Shown: one piece after another, positions 25,320-37,564 of the stretch
Layout: each line of letters opens with the position of its first letter
How positions within the stretch are numbered: the first letter of the stretch is position 1
Source: Zancudomyces culisetae HAW-14-8
Taxonomy: Eukaryota; Fungi; Kickxellomycota
Length of the DNA: 64,000 nucleotides
Reading direction: 5' to 3'
Assembly (NCBI GenBank): GCA_052426225.1
Contig: JBNJNM010000011.1
Coordinates: forward strand, 992,001 to 1,056,000
Translations under genes and position numbers: made by a program
Notes under the pieces: model-generated
What the model saw: only the letters and a program-made list of their open reading frames with translations
What the model was told of the DNA's origin: nothing
Databases searched by the model: none

Positions 25320-28060
25320 CCTCTTCTTACTATTGTTATTGCTACCGCTCCTTTCTTTTCTTCTTCTCTTTTTCCTAAGAAATAACGCCCTTTATTTATC
25401 AAGCTTAGCCCAAAAATCTACAATTGATATCCGTTTAACTTGTCTCTCTCTCTTTCTCCCTCTCAAGGCCAAAACGCATTCGCAATTCACTCAATTGTTA
25501 GTCTTTCTTGATCTTTGTCTTGGTTGAATTTATCTTTTTTTATTTTGTTTTGTTTAATGGCTGGTACGTTCTTTATCCAAGGATTTGTTCAGCTCAGTGC
25601 CACAGTATTTGACTGCTTTAAAGTAAACGGCTTATTCATTAACCGGTCTGCTTATCTTAAAATGAATTATTTCGCTGGCTTTGGCTCCTTAATATGTCAA
25701 AACCCATTTAATATTATCAATTACTGTAGGTGCATTTTTTTTAGGTTCCAATGAATTTTCTTTCCCCTCCACCCCCCTTCTCCACCCCTTTCTCCACCCT
25801 ATCTTTTTCTTTCCAAAATAAATTACTTCGGTTTATCATTGCGGATTCATCTAAAACAAAATTCCAGTTTAATTTTCACGTTTGGATGCCTTTTTCATTT
25901 CCACGCATTTCTCCACCTCTTCCTCTCTGGTCGTCTCTCCTCGTCTCTTTTTCTTTCTTTAGTGGTTAGCCTTAAATACAAAGCTTTGATAATATCTACG
26001 TGAATAAAAAAAACATTGAAAGTTTAATTTATGAAAAATTCTGTCCTTTCAAATAACATTTTTTATACTAAGTGAACCTCCATATCCATTGTTTTTTTTT
26101 TGCTGATAGAACTATTGTTTATGTTCACACATATATGCGTCACACATATTGTATTCTAGTCGGCCTTTCTGTACAAATGCAGAACTGAAAGATAGTACAT
26201 TTAGTATCCAACACATTAGAAAACGCCCAGGGATTATTGTTTTTTTTTTTTTCATCTGCGTGCTATCAGTTTTTGACTGCAGGTTTACACATCTCCAGCC
26301 ATTCATTTGTCATTCAAGTACTAGTAGCTGTACATGTTTCATTTTCAACACCAAAAAAAGATAATCATTTGGCTTCAACCTCAACTTAACCTCCATCTAT
26401 TCACTCTTTTTTCTTCATACACGCATTTCAATAGCAGGATTAAGGAAAACCCTCTGAAAATACTATATTGAGTTTGCCTTCCACCGCCCATCCAGCCATT
26501 TACAATATCTCTCCTAAGAGTTAGCCCATTTATCACAGTTATTCGTGTGAGAACAAAAACTTAGATATTAGCGCATGGGCCTGCCTTGTATTTTGCGTAT
26601 TGAATAAAAAAGTATCACATGGTTGTAACATGGTTGTAACATGCCCCTAACACAAGGGTTAAACGCAATGTTTAGGTGGTGTGGCAGCATTCGCCGTACC
26701 CAATGTTTTGTTGATTGTAAATAGGAGTTTATCCACACAAATGTGAGCAGAAATTTACCATGAAGCTTGTTCTGCTTTTAAACATCAAATTGTGATTTTC
26801 GCAAATGATTGAATAAGAACCGTTTCATTATCCCTATGTAAACTACTATACGGGATCATAGCAATATGGAAGAAAAAAAGGAAATCAGCTCGTACTTTAT
26901 TAAATACGATGTGTCTTAACTCCTGGTGATTTTGTAAACCACCCTCGCATCCTAGCTACTAACTGGAATTGACGCTAATGAAGCTTGGAAACAGGTTGAA
27001 TGATGGAAAAAGGGATATTGCTTGTGTTTTCATCAACGCCTCCAATAAACTCACTTTTACGCATACAGATAATACAAAACAATCTCCTGGATTGGCATCA
27101 CATCAAAAATATATCCCCTCCTCTCTATAAAGTTTAAACTGTATAATACAGCCTTATTAAATTTAAGAAATCCTGGTCAATCGACCCAACCTGCTTAAGA
27201 GGTATATATTATCCGACTATTGGTGGGCATTTTATAAACTGTTTTAACTTGTTTGTATAAAGCATGTTACCATGAGATATAATCCCATGCGCCATTAAAT
27301 ACAGATGTTGCCATCATTTCTAATAAGCATTATTGATTGCTACCGGGATATGCATCTTTTTATTATAAATATCTCAGTTATATAGTGATACTGGTGTTGG
27401 TTTTCTTCATCCACATCTATTTTCAACAAGTACCTAACAAGACTCTGTATAGCCTTTTAGGGTAATTATTTTTGCTGTAAATCTGATAACCACTACATCA
27501 CTTCATCCTGAAATTAAAGAGATATTTTCCGCATTTAATACGTATTAGCTTATAGCTGCTGTATCAAAAAATCAACCGGTCTTGGGGGTTGTATAACATC
27601 ACAGCAATTGTATCTATATTACCACTTTAGAACTTAGAAATATGATTGTACTCGACAAACTTCTAACTTTTAACTTTTATTACTTATTTTTATTATTGTT
27701 ATGCCGCAACCAACTTGGTTATGGAAAAGTAAGAATGTGATATCGAAGCGCATTCAAAGCCCACATTCAAAAAAATTACACGTAAACTGGTTTGAGCTAC
27801 GAGCGTGTATCAATCACTATATCATATTTCAGAAGGTTGACATGCAATTTTCCGTACCCAGAAAGTGATATCTACGTTCATGCTTCTTTCTATCTTTTTT
27901 TTTCTTTGCATCAGCACCAAAGGTGCAAATAGAATTCTATGAGTCGGTATATATAGCCCAGAATGAACTCTGATGTTGATTTGTATTTCGAAATACAGAG
28001 CAAACTTTCATACATTTCATAATTAAACGACGATAACAAGTTAATATTTACTATATAAAA

Positions 28061-28456
28061 ATGTCTGACACAACAACTGAGAAAAGTATGCGATTTGATG
28101 AGTTCCCAATAGCACTGTATATTCTCCACACTTTTATTTTAATACTCTCTATTGTAGGTCTAGTACTGAATATACTATCGGAGATGCTCCCAAGGGATTA
28201 CCTAAAGATAGCTGCTGCAGTTTTAGCTTTTATTCTCGTAATACTAAAAACCATTTACGTGGTCTCATCAGCTATGGGACAAACAAAAAAACTATCAACC
28301 AAGTATTCCTGTGCGTTTAGTGCAAAATCAAGAGCTGTGCTATACCTGATTCCGCTTATAGCAGGTTTTACGTTTGTGCTTTACATTTCAACATTATACT
28401 TACAACATACGAGTCCAGGATTCTTTCCCTATGTTTTGCGATTGATTAAAAATTAA
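28061..28456 (+). CDS. Small orphan membrane protein (131 aa, about 3 TM helices)
   Basis: ATG in AAAAATG context; three long hydrophobic stretches (IALYILHTFILILSIVGLVLNIL; IAAAVLAFILVILKTIYVV; AVLYLIPLIAGFTFVLYISTLYL). No family recognised. Confidence 0.6.
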   Translation: MSDTTTEKSMRFDEFPIALYILHTFILILSIVGLVLNILSEMLPRDYLKIAAAVLAFILVILKTIYVVSSAMGQTKKLSTKYSCAFSAKSRAVLYLIPLIAGFTFVLYISTLYLQHTSPGFFPYVLRLIKN

Positions 28457-28783
28457 CACTGCGCTTTTAGTATTTATTTCGGTTAGTATGGATAAGTAAG
28501 TAGGTTGTATACATTTCGAAAAAGTATTCCTAACTCCCAAACGCTATTTGGTGCAAAAATAAAACGAGTTCATAATTTCTAGGCATTGGTCGTATACTCA
28601 GATCAAGCGTAACAGTATACTTGATGTTTTTTTGAAAAATCTTTTTTTTTTGGAGGGAAGGAACATTGAATCTGCATCATCATTGTTTAACTCATACATA
28701 TAAATTTGTTCTCCTTTTTTTGTTACGATTTTTTTAAAAAATACAGTTGTTGCTGAAAGGGCAAATACTATAAAAATATATAC

Positions 28784-28805
28784 GTGTGTGTGTGTGTGTG
28801 TGTGT
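28784..28805. repeat. (GT)11 microsatellite
   Basis: Seen directly. Confidence 0.95.
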
Positions 28806-30075
28806 TGTTCATAGAGATACACGAATGTCAGCTAATTACACAAAAGTCATTAATTTTCCGATCGTTATTTTGAGCGCCAAAAAATATTGGTACTGTACAC
28901 CACAAGTAGCTGAACAGAGTTTAGAGCATTATTTAACTACCATAACCCTTGCAAAAAGGTTCATTTACCAACTTTCTAGGCTATGAGCAGACAATATGAA
29001 ATCGATATTTGCTTTGCACTTTATCGAAATTTATGGTTGGAAAATCCTAGAGAATTTTTATCCCAGTACTCACTAGCAGTGTGAGTATGTTCAGGTACTA
29101 TAAGAAAGATAAAAGAAAAGTGTGATGAATAGCTCAATATTACATATTTTTCCCCTTATCCCCTTGATGGATAAACAAAAAGCAAAACACATTAACATTA
29201 CACTTTTGTGTCTATGTGTGAAGTAGTATGTTTCCACCTATTTTTGTTGCGCGCCTAGGGAAAAATCATTAAAAATCACGCCACCATTTTCTGTTGTTTC
29301 AATTAAATGCTATGCGGCTGTTTTTGAATCGCACAGAGTGTATTTCCAGATTGGTGGCGTAATTGGGGAAATTTTAGCTAAATCAGCAAATGGGTTTGCA
29401 AAAGAAAATTCCAACATTCTTTTTCATCACCTTTGTATGTGAAGGCCAGACCCATGAAATACCCAGAAGCTAAGGACTTGCGCATGATATCTCCCTGCCC
29501 TTCCCATTCAGCTGTTAGTCATTTATGATAGGACAAGAAAAAAGCGAAATGCAATGTAATACAGCGCAACACAAAGTATATTAAAATGGCCTTGCTGATT
29601 TTCTGTGCCTGCATGTTATTTCCCTCCAATTCATATATGATCCTAAAATAACTAAATTCTGCAAAGAAAAAAAAAAGAACAATAAATCAAAGGCTGGAAA
29701 GTCGTATATTTAAACTCAACGAACTTGATTGGGCAAGCTTAATAATTTATCAAGGCAATGTTCCCAAAATACGGCGAGATTAACAAATTATTGTTCGATT
29801 CAGGCCAATTTATCGCTTGTAATTCATCCCAAATTGCGGTAACTGGATTAGCAGCTACATTTAATTGGGAGAATAATTGTTTACTACAAAAATAAACTGC
29901 CGAAATTTTGCCTACCAGTATATGAGACTGGAATGGCATCGCAAGAATATTTAACCATTTATAATCGGCGCCCCTCCTCTCTGAGTTTAAAAGAGCATAG
30001 TGTTACGGGATGAGAAGAAATACCTTTATCACCATATTTTACTTAGTATACAAATATCTATAGTCTACGAAAAAA

Positions 30076-31227
30076 ATGAAATCCTACAACAAAGATTACA
30101 TACTCCAAAAAAGGGAACGGCTTTCCAGTTTTTTCAAATTTAGCGCTTCGCTATGGCTGCCTTCTATTTTTCTCAAAATATGGCCTTTTCTGGTTTTTAA
30201 CGCACTGTATTCGAGTTTGGCACGTTTTTTCCTAGGATACTACAATCTTCCAGGAATTAGCCCAAGTACACGTAAGTAATGCATGTCTGGTGTTTCAGCT
30301 ACACATTATATAACTTATTTACACATTTTTCTTCCTGTTTATATTAAAAGAAGGCTGATAATGCAATGAGTAGTGTCATTTGTTTCAATTGCAATGAGTA
30401 TGCTTTTGGTGTTCAGGACAAACACAGCATATGACAGGTTCTGGGAAGGAAGAAAAACATGGGGCACCATCGAAGAAACCGTGTCTAATATCCTTAGAAT
30501 GATTAGAGTATGTGTAAAAACTGACACAGCAAAAGAGGAACAGGAAAAGCTACAGGCGCTCAAGAACACTGTGGCGTTTGCATACTCTGTCAGATCATAC
30601 TTGAATGAGGAGACGGAAGTCATTTATCCAAAACTGTACTCTCTGCTCAACTCACAGACAAAGAATTTTGTACAATCAAAATCATCCTTCCATAATTTCC
30701 ACGCTGTTGATACTGCTGTTACCCTTGTAAGTGCTTCTAGTTCTACACAATCAGATCGTAGTCCTATCCTTCCTAAGGTTTCCGATAGATCTTTTCGTAT
30801 CGAGGATATCAACCTACCACTGCGCCTATTAAACCAGCTTACTGAGTTCATTACCAATATTCCCGATGGAAAAATCAAACCAACTACAGCAAATCTTTTA
30901 CAAATGCATACCAATACGCTGTCTTGTGCATTTAAGGCCTGCCTGCGAATCCAAACAACACCAATACCACAAGCGTATAGTTCACACTTGTACCAAACCA
31001 TTTGGCTATATCTGCTATACTTACCATGGACCCTGGGCAGCTCAACTGACTTGAATGTCGTTGTTATTCAACTTATTGTTGCGTTCATGTTGCTTGGAAC
31101 TATGGTCATCGGTGAGGAAATAGAGGATCCCTTTGGTAAGGACCAGAACGATTTACAGACTCAAAAGTTCTGTGATAATCTGTACGATGAGTTAACATTC
31201 AGCTTTGAAGCAATGAATGCAAATTAA
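30076..31227 (+). CDS. Bestrophin-like (UPF0187/RFP-TM) anion channel, copy A; exons 30076-30271, 30374-31227
   Basis: LLVFRTNTAYDRFWEGRKTW, RIQTTPIPQAY and EEIEDPFGKDQNDL are bacterial/fungal-type bestrophin motifs; one phase-1 GT-AG intron. Confidence 0.88.
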
Positions 31228-31529
31228 GTCAGGGTATCATGAGCCGCACTACAATTCGCCTATTTTCTGTTACTGAGTTATACGCCTTGGAAATTATTTC
31301 CTAGTTTCCTTATTCTTTTTTATTGCCTTTATTATTGTTCTTGTCTCGCGTTGCTTTGCATTGGCTTTTTATTTATCCTTGCACCACCCCTTCCCTTCCC
31401 TTCTCCCCTCAATATTTTTTTTTGAAAAAAAATTTAGAAAGTAGCATGCGTTTTATTTAAAGGTAGGGCTAGCTAAAATAAAGAGAACAAGCGTGATAAA
31501 ATATATGTAAAATTAGCAAATAAACATAC

Positions 31530-32474
31530 TCAAACAACCCATAAAAGCCTGTTGGAAATGTTGACCTGGGCCCGAACCAAGTTGCTTAGATAAACAACCA
31601 TAAGTAGATTTTGAAGATGGCCTTGGAAGAGAGCCTCAAAGTTTTCGGGATCAATTCTTGGAACACACGACAGCATTTCCATCAGGTATTTTCCTACAAC
31701 AATATCTGGTGTGGATGTGCCATCAATAACTCTCTTTACATATCCATTTACGCGTCTAACCATTTCCAAAAGATCTTGGATAGCCTGTTCCAGCTGTTCC
31801 ATATCTGTAATTAGAGGTACAACAGATCCGTTACCATTAGGGAATCCAGACTCATCCTTAGGACTAGTACTCACATCCCCCTTTGACATTGCCACCAACT
31901 CAAGAACCTTACGCTCTGCTTTTGGATAGCTGAATTCGTACTTTAAGGGAGAGAAGAAAACTCCATCAGGTTGACCAACGGCACCAAAATAGATTCCAGA
32001 AAACATTTGAATGTTTAGACTTTCACCCTCCAGTCCAGTATCCATAATCATATGAACGGAATCATGTGGCAATGCCTCCAAGGCATAGAATTCTTGTATC
32101 AGAGGCGCATGTTTGCCTATCTTACTACCTGTTGCGTACCACCCTACTATTTCTTCATTTGGATTAACCTTTTTCAAGGTGTTGTAAAATATTCTGTGGT
32201 ATTCCATATCTACTTCTACATGGCTATCTGTTTCAAAATGTGGTACTGGGAAACACGATTTGATTTCTACTACTTTGCCCTCCTCTGATCTTGTTCCCAA
32301 TAGGGTTCCAATAACTCGATCTTGTTTATCGTTCCTACGAAGGTAATGATCTATAACTGAAAAAGGTACGCTTGGATTCAAGTAAACTTGGTGTGCTCGT
32401 TCCACCTCCTTATTCTTTTTCACCGAGTTTACTGTCGACACCGAGAATTTTGGTAGGTTGAGATTTAATGCCAT
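31530..32474 (-). CDS. EIF3F: Translation initiation factor 3 subunit F (MPN domain), single exon
   Basis: FSVIDHYLRR...RVIGTLLGTRSEEG, CFPVPH, IVGWYATG; C-terminal LLMVVYLSNLVRAQ. Confidence 0.9.
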   Translation of the reverse strand: MALNLNLPKFSVSTVNSVKKNKEVERAHQVYLNPSVPFSVIDHYLRRNDKQDRVIGTLLGTRSEEGKVVEIKSCFPVPHFETDSHVEVDMEYHRIFYNTLKKVNPNEEIVGWYATGSKIGKHAPLIQEFYALEALPHDSVHMIMDTGLEGESLNIQMFSGIYFGAVGQPDGVFFSPLKYEFSYPKAERKVLELVAMSKGDVSTSPKDESGFPNGNGSVVPLITDMEQLEQAIQDLLEMVRRVNGYVKRVIDGTSTPDIVVGKYLMEMLSCVPRIDPENFEALFQGHLQNLLMVVYLSNLVRAQVNISNRLLWVV

Positions 32475-33865
32475 TCTTCCTTGCTTTCGTTCTAAAGGTA
32501 ATATAATGATGTAATATCGTTAGTTTCAAAATTTGTTTTTGTGTTTTGATTTTCTAACTTGACTTAATTGTTCCTTGCTAAAGACATTCTTCATCTGGGT
32601 TGAAAAAATCGCAAAATTCAAAGATAATATATTCGTAAACCTACAATCTAAATTCTTTATCCTTAATGGCCGAGAGCCCCTGCAATCTTTGTGCGCTTTA
32701 AATGGAGCTAATGCTTGTATAAACACGTTCTTTAAGATCGTCTTTAAAATATATTTGGTTCCAAGCTCAATGCTCAAATCGCCTGCATTAAAAACCAAAA
32801 ATTGGAAATTAGAAAACAAAAAAATTTTTTCTTTGCAAGCCTTTTGGCATTATTTACATTTTCCCCCTTTGCCTGCACTAACTGTACATACGTTTTCGAT
32901 AGCAATTTTTTCTCTCCCAACCCTTCACCAAATTGATTTTCTTTATTTTGAACCAATTACCTTTTGCAAGCTTTTTGTTTTCAACACAGTTCAGTAAAAG
33001 ATTTTGAAAAAATAACATTAGCTTTTTAAACAAACTATATATCTATCGGAACCCTGTTATTTTACTAGGACACCAAGAGTAGTATACGATACATCTACAT
33101 GTGTGTTTTATTGGAGTCAGCCTGGGCATTTTTTTAATTTCTTGTTATACCGTGCACTTTTAGTTCATTATTTTGGGTTGCGGGTATTGATCATATTTGC
33201 AAAGTACCAATACTATCAATGCTTTCACCAACATACTATCATATACACGCTTCCTTAGACATATTTTGTCCTGGTATTAGTGAGATTTATGTTTACCACT
33301 GTATAATGTCTAGCAACATGCATATAAATGCAAAGACCTCTCTCAAGTGAATAAATGGTTTTCTGCCTCACCTCACCAGGTCCGTCACTTTAAAAAATAA
33401 TTACGCTTCGCTAGTCTGGTAGCGTGAATAAGCATTTTTGACAGCAAAGAAAAAAAAAAGTCTCCAAATTATTTTTAGTCAAATTGAAATCGTTGTGGGT
33501 TTCGGGTGGAGGGTTGGCCAAGAAATACGGATTTTGAAAAGTTGAGAATGCTGGGAGCTTCGGATTTGAGATTTGAGACTTGGAATCTGAAATTATTGCT
33601 ATTGTAATGTTATTTACATCGTTATTAGCTTTACCAATTAGCAGCACCAATCTATAAAAAATAAGGGTTGTTTTCCAGAAAATAAAAGGCAAACAGAAAT
33701 CTTTTTTAGAGAAAATACATCCTAGCTCTTGTTAAGTTTGGGCAAATATCCAACACCGGAAGTATATTTTAAATCGAAACAAACTCTACAGATATAGTTA
33801 GATAAATTAGCCTTTTTTATCCGATTAAGCCTACCTCTTTGCTTTTTATCTTTCTTTGTAATATC

Positions 33866-35402
33866 ATGGCGAGCAAACTTGAAGAATTGACGACATTCCT
33901 ATCGAAAAACAATAATGCCCAGTTAGCAATCGTAGCTGCCGCTGCATCAGTAGCAACACTGGTAACTGTGTTCAGCATCCAAGGTGTACAGCGAAAACGA
34001 AGGGTGCGAAAGTTGAAGGAAGAATTGGGCGATTTTTCTGATGGTATTGAAAACATGAATCAAAAATTTGAACCAATGTTTTCCTCTTATGATCGCGATC
34101 CCAGCGTTTCTGAACTATTTCAGAAGGAATATCCAAATAGAATTGTTGACAAAAAATCAGTCATAAACCTACAATCAGACGAGAAGGAGCTCTTTTCTGA
34201 ACAGTTGGCAAGGAATAAAGTATTTTTCGGCGAAGAGGGTCTAGAGAAGATTATGAATAGTTTTGTGATAGTTGTTGGTGCTGGCGGTGTTGGATCGTGG
34301 GCTGTTATGATGTTGCTACGATCGGGAGTCCAGCGAATCCGTATAATTGACTTTGATCAAGTCACACTGAGTTCGCTGAACAGACATGCCGTGGCTTCTA
34401 GGAGTGACGTTGGTACCCCCAAAACAGTCGTCTTGCAACAGTATATACAAAATATTGTGCCCCATGCTTTGATAGATGCTCGTGTTGAGCTATTCAACAT
34501 TGAAAATGCATCTGAACTCCTGTCAGGTAACCCTGACTACGTGATAGACTGTATCGATAATATCACCACAAAGTTAGACCTATTAAAGTATTGTTACGAC
34601 AACAACCTGAGGGTTATAAGCTCAATGGGCTCGGGTATGAAATCAGACCCCTCCAGAATCCAAATAGCTGACATTGGAAATACTTTTGAAGATCCATTGT
34701 CACGATCCGTGCGGAGACAGCTCAAAAAAATGGGCATTGAACAAGGTATTGAGGTGGTATATTCAACCGAAAAACCAGGGAAAGTGCAACTTTTACCACT
34801 TTCGGAAAGCCAGGAGGAGAGTGCCGAGGAGTTTGCTGTGCTTCCTGATTTTAGAGTGCGAATTGTTCCTGTGTTGGGTAAGTATTTAGCTTAGCTTTTT
34901 TGTCTTTGGTTCTAGCCATTTGAACAATCTAATCGACAGTGAATGTATATTATAAAAATCAATAGGAACAATGCCAGCGATTTTTGGAATGACATTAGCA
35001 ACGAGAGTATTAACGAACTTGGCAGGCTTTGATACTGAGCCACTGGCCATCAAAGGAAGGCACGCACTATACGTCCGGTTAAATAGAGATCTTTTGCATA
35101 GAGAAGGTAAAATAACTGGGAAAATCAAGTCAACCTGCTTATCTGTAGAAGACTGTGGATATCTCTTGGAGGAGATATGGCGTGGGAAGAGCGTAATATC
35201 TGGTGCGACAGACAAGTTGACGCTGATTAGATGGGATGTCAACATGCCACTGAGTCTTCAAAATTGTGTGTGTATGACCAAATCGGAAGCTGATAAACAT
35301 GAAAAGATAAAGGTTGCGCCAGAAATACATTACCCGAAAGAGGTTGTTGATTTAATCAAAAGTAGGTTTGCAGAAGAGATGTGGCAAAGTAGGTTTAGAT
35401 GA
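33866..35402 (+). CDS. TCD2: tRNA threonylcarbamoyladenosine dehydratase (ThiF/E1-like, Tcd1/Tcd2); exons 33866-34877, 34966-35402
   Basis: N-terminal hydrophobic anchor; EQLARN..FFG, VVGAGGVGSW, DFDQVTLSSLNRHA, DCIDNI, DPLSRSVR, YSTEKP; spliced junction VPVLG|TMPAIFG. Confidence 0.9.
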
Positions 35403-35998
35403 TTGCTATTATCATAACCAACTATTTTTGATGGTATGATTGCTGTTATTGCGGTGTTTATTGCCGACTGAGGCATAGCTTTTGTTTAAGAGTATCTGTT
35501 TATGTGAAGATCAAAATAAAGAAATAAAGACATATACTTAAACACATGTGTACCGATATATGATGTATTTTATGATTTAAAGTTGTTGGCTTTTCAATGT
35601 ATTTTTCACAATAACAAAAGAACTTGGTTTTGCAATGTGGTGGCTAGCTTTGCGTTTCTACCTTTGCATCAACTGACTGTGAGTCAACTTCAAATTTCAA
35701 AGAAAGACTCAATCTCAAGATTTTGTATCCAAAGCACGAGTTAAGCAAGTAGAAAGCTCCTTTCTTTTCCCTTTTTTTAAAGATACAGAAAACAAACATC
35801 CAATACCATCCCAGGGGATAAATGTAATTTTGACTAGGCATTGTGGTAGGATTTGGCACCAGAAAATGTACAAATAAACAAAAAAAAAAAGAAATATTAT
35901 TAATATGTTGCTGTGACAAAGTGAATAGTAAATGTAAGCACGAGAGTAAAAATAAAAAGAAAGAAAATAAAAGATCACAAAATCTAGGAAGTGCACAC

Positions 35999-37564
35999 CT
36001 AAGATCTTCTTTTGTATTTGATAAGGCACGGAAGGGTGGGTAGAATTACCATTGAGTTGTAATCGGGTTTGGGAAGACCAACCTTTGGATCGAGCTCAAA
36101 GTCGAATTTCTTGAGCAATGTGTACAAGATGGTACGGATTTGGACATAAGCGAATTGCTCACCAATGCATCTATGTCTTCCTGCGCCGAATGGTAGATAC
36201 GGGGATCTAGCTGATTTTAGACTCACGCTTCCGAATCCATAATCAACTTCGCCTGCAGTATCATCATTGCCTCCAGAAGCTGACTGTCCTACAGTTGATG
36301 ATTCCCATCTCAATGGTGAAAATGCCTCAGGATCAGGGAAGTAGTTAGGGTCTGTAGATGAAACTGATGGTGATGCAACCAAGTAGTGACCAGCTGGAAC
36401 TACATAGTGGGTTTTGGGGATGGGGATTGGCTGTGTGACTTTACGCATAATCTGAATGATTGGTGAGCGGATTCTAAGGGTCTCGTTTACTATATGTTCA
36501 AGCATTGGAATATTCTTCAAGTCGTCGTAGGTGACATCTGGTAGTTCTTCGCCCATAGCTTCTTTCATTTGAGCGAATGTGGTATCGATGAGGCTGTGAT
36601 CATTAGCAAGCATCAATAGTCCCCATGTGGTTGTTGCTGAGGAGGTGTGTTGTCCAGCCATTAAAAATGCAATCAGCATGTTCGCCACCTGTACATCTGT
36701 CAGTGGTTCTCCGTTCTTGTACTTGGATGTCATCAAGACGTGGAGCATGTCATCGTACTTCTTTTCGTTGTTGGCACGGCGATTATCAATGATTGATCTG
36801 AATAAACCGTGAAGTTCAGAGTGCGCCTCTTTGCACGAGTAGTAGGATGGAAGAGGGAGCCATTCAAACAAGAAGTGAATTGGTGTAAACGATGCGTCCA
36901 GTGTGTGGTACAGGTCAGCAACTCCAAGATGTAGCTGTGCTCGGACTTCCTCGCCTAAAAGGGTTCTTGAAGCTGTCATGATGATCATTTCGGACACGGC
37001 CTTGAGTATGTCTATAGTATCGCTTTCTTTGTTCATAAACTCATCGACGTACATGTTAACTTCTTCAATAATCATTGGAACGTATCTTTTGAATGCGTCT
37101 ATTGTAAGACCAGCTTTTCCTATTTTTTTCTGTTCCATCAATACTGAGTTTGGCACATCGTAAATTACTTGCTCTCCAAACACTGGCTTTGTCAAATGGT
37201 TGTAGGCATCCTCAGCATTGACACTGGAGTGTCTGGCGTTAAAAACAAAATAGTTTCCATCGACTCCAAGACAAACTGTCATTTTACGACCAAACATCAA
37301 AAAGGTGAAGTAGTCGCCATAAATGGCCCGATATTTGCGCATGAAAGTCATAGGTTGCATACCAAAAGTTATCATAGATCCAATAAACGGAATCCAGTAG
37401 TGTACCATTGGTGGCTGTGAGGGATCCGCATTCATCTTTTGCTCAATCTGTGCCCAGACAAATGCCGTAACAATAGCTACGGAAATCGTAGATATAATAC
37501 ACATGAAGGGCGAAGCTTCAAAGTATTGAACATAGCTCTCTAACAGTCCGCTGATCAAACCCAT
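35999..37564 (-). CDS. ERG11: Sterol 14-alpha-demethylase (CYP51), single exon
   Basis: AEDAYNHLTKPVFG..VIYD, LMEQKK, I-helix MAGQHTS, ETLR, DYGFG and heme motif PFGAGRHRCIGE. Confidence 0.97.
   Translation of the reverse strand: MGLISGLLESYVQYFEASPFMCIISTISVAIVTAFVWAQIEQKMNADPSQPPMVHYWIPFIGSMITFGMQPMTFMRKYRAIYGDYFTFLMFGRKMTVCLGVDGNYFVFNARHSSVNAEDAYNHLTKPVFGEQVIYDVPNSVLMEQKKIGKAGLTIDAFKRYVPMIIEEVNMYVDEFMNKESDTIDILKAVSEMIIMTASRTLLGEEVRAQLHLGVADLYHTLDASFTPIHFLFEWLPLPSYYSCKEAHSELHGLFRSIIDNRRANNEKKYDDMLHVLMTSKYKNGEPLTDVQVANMLIAFLMAGQHTSSATTTWGLLMLANDHSLIDTTFAQMKEAMGEELPDVTYDDLKNIPMLEHIVNETLRIRSPIIQIMRKVTQPIPIPKTHYVVPAGHYLVASPSVSSTDPNYFPDPEAFSPLRWESSTVGQSASGGNDDTAGEVDYGFGSVSLKSARSPYLPFGAGRHRCIGEQFAYVQIRTILYTLLKKFDFELDPKVGLPKPDYNSMVILPTLPCLIKYKRRS

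Noticed and set aside
26617-26643. Short direct repeats (ACATGGTTGTA x2; also TAAACCTAG x2.8 at 16991 and ACCATGTCATTTTT x2 near 6349)
   Set aside because: Simple slippage duplications. They lack spacers, so they are not CRISPR-like, and no element is associated.
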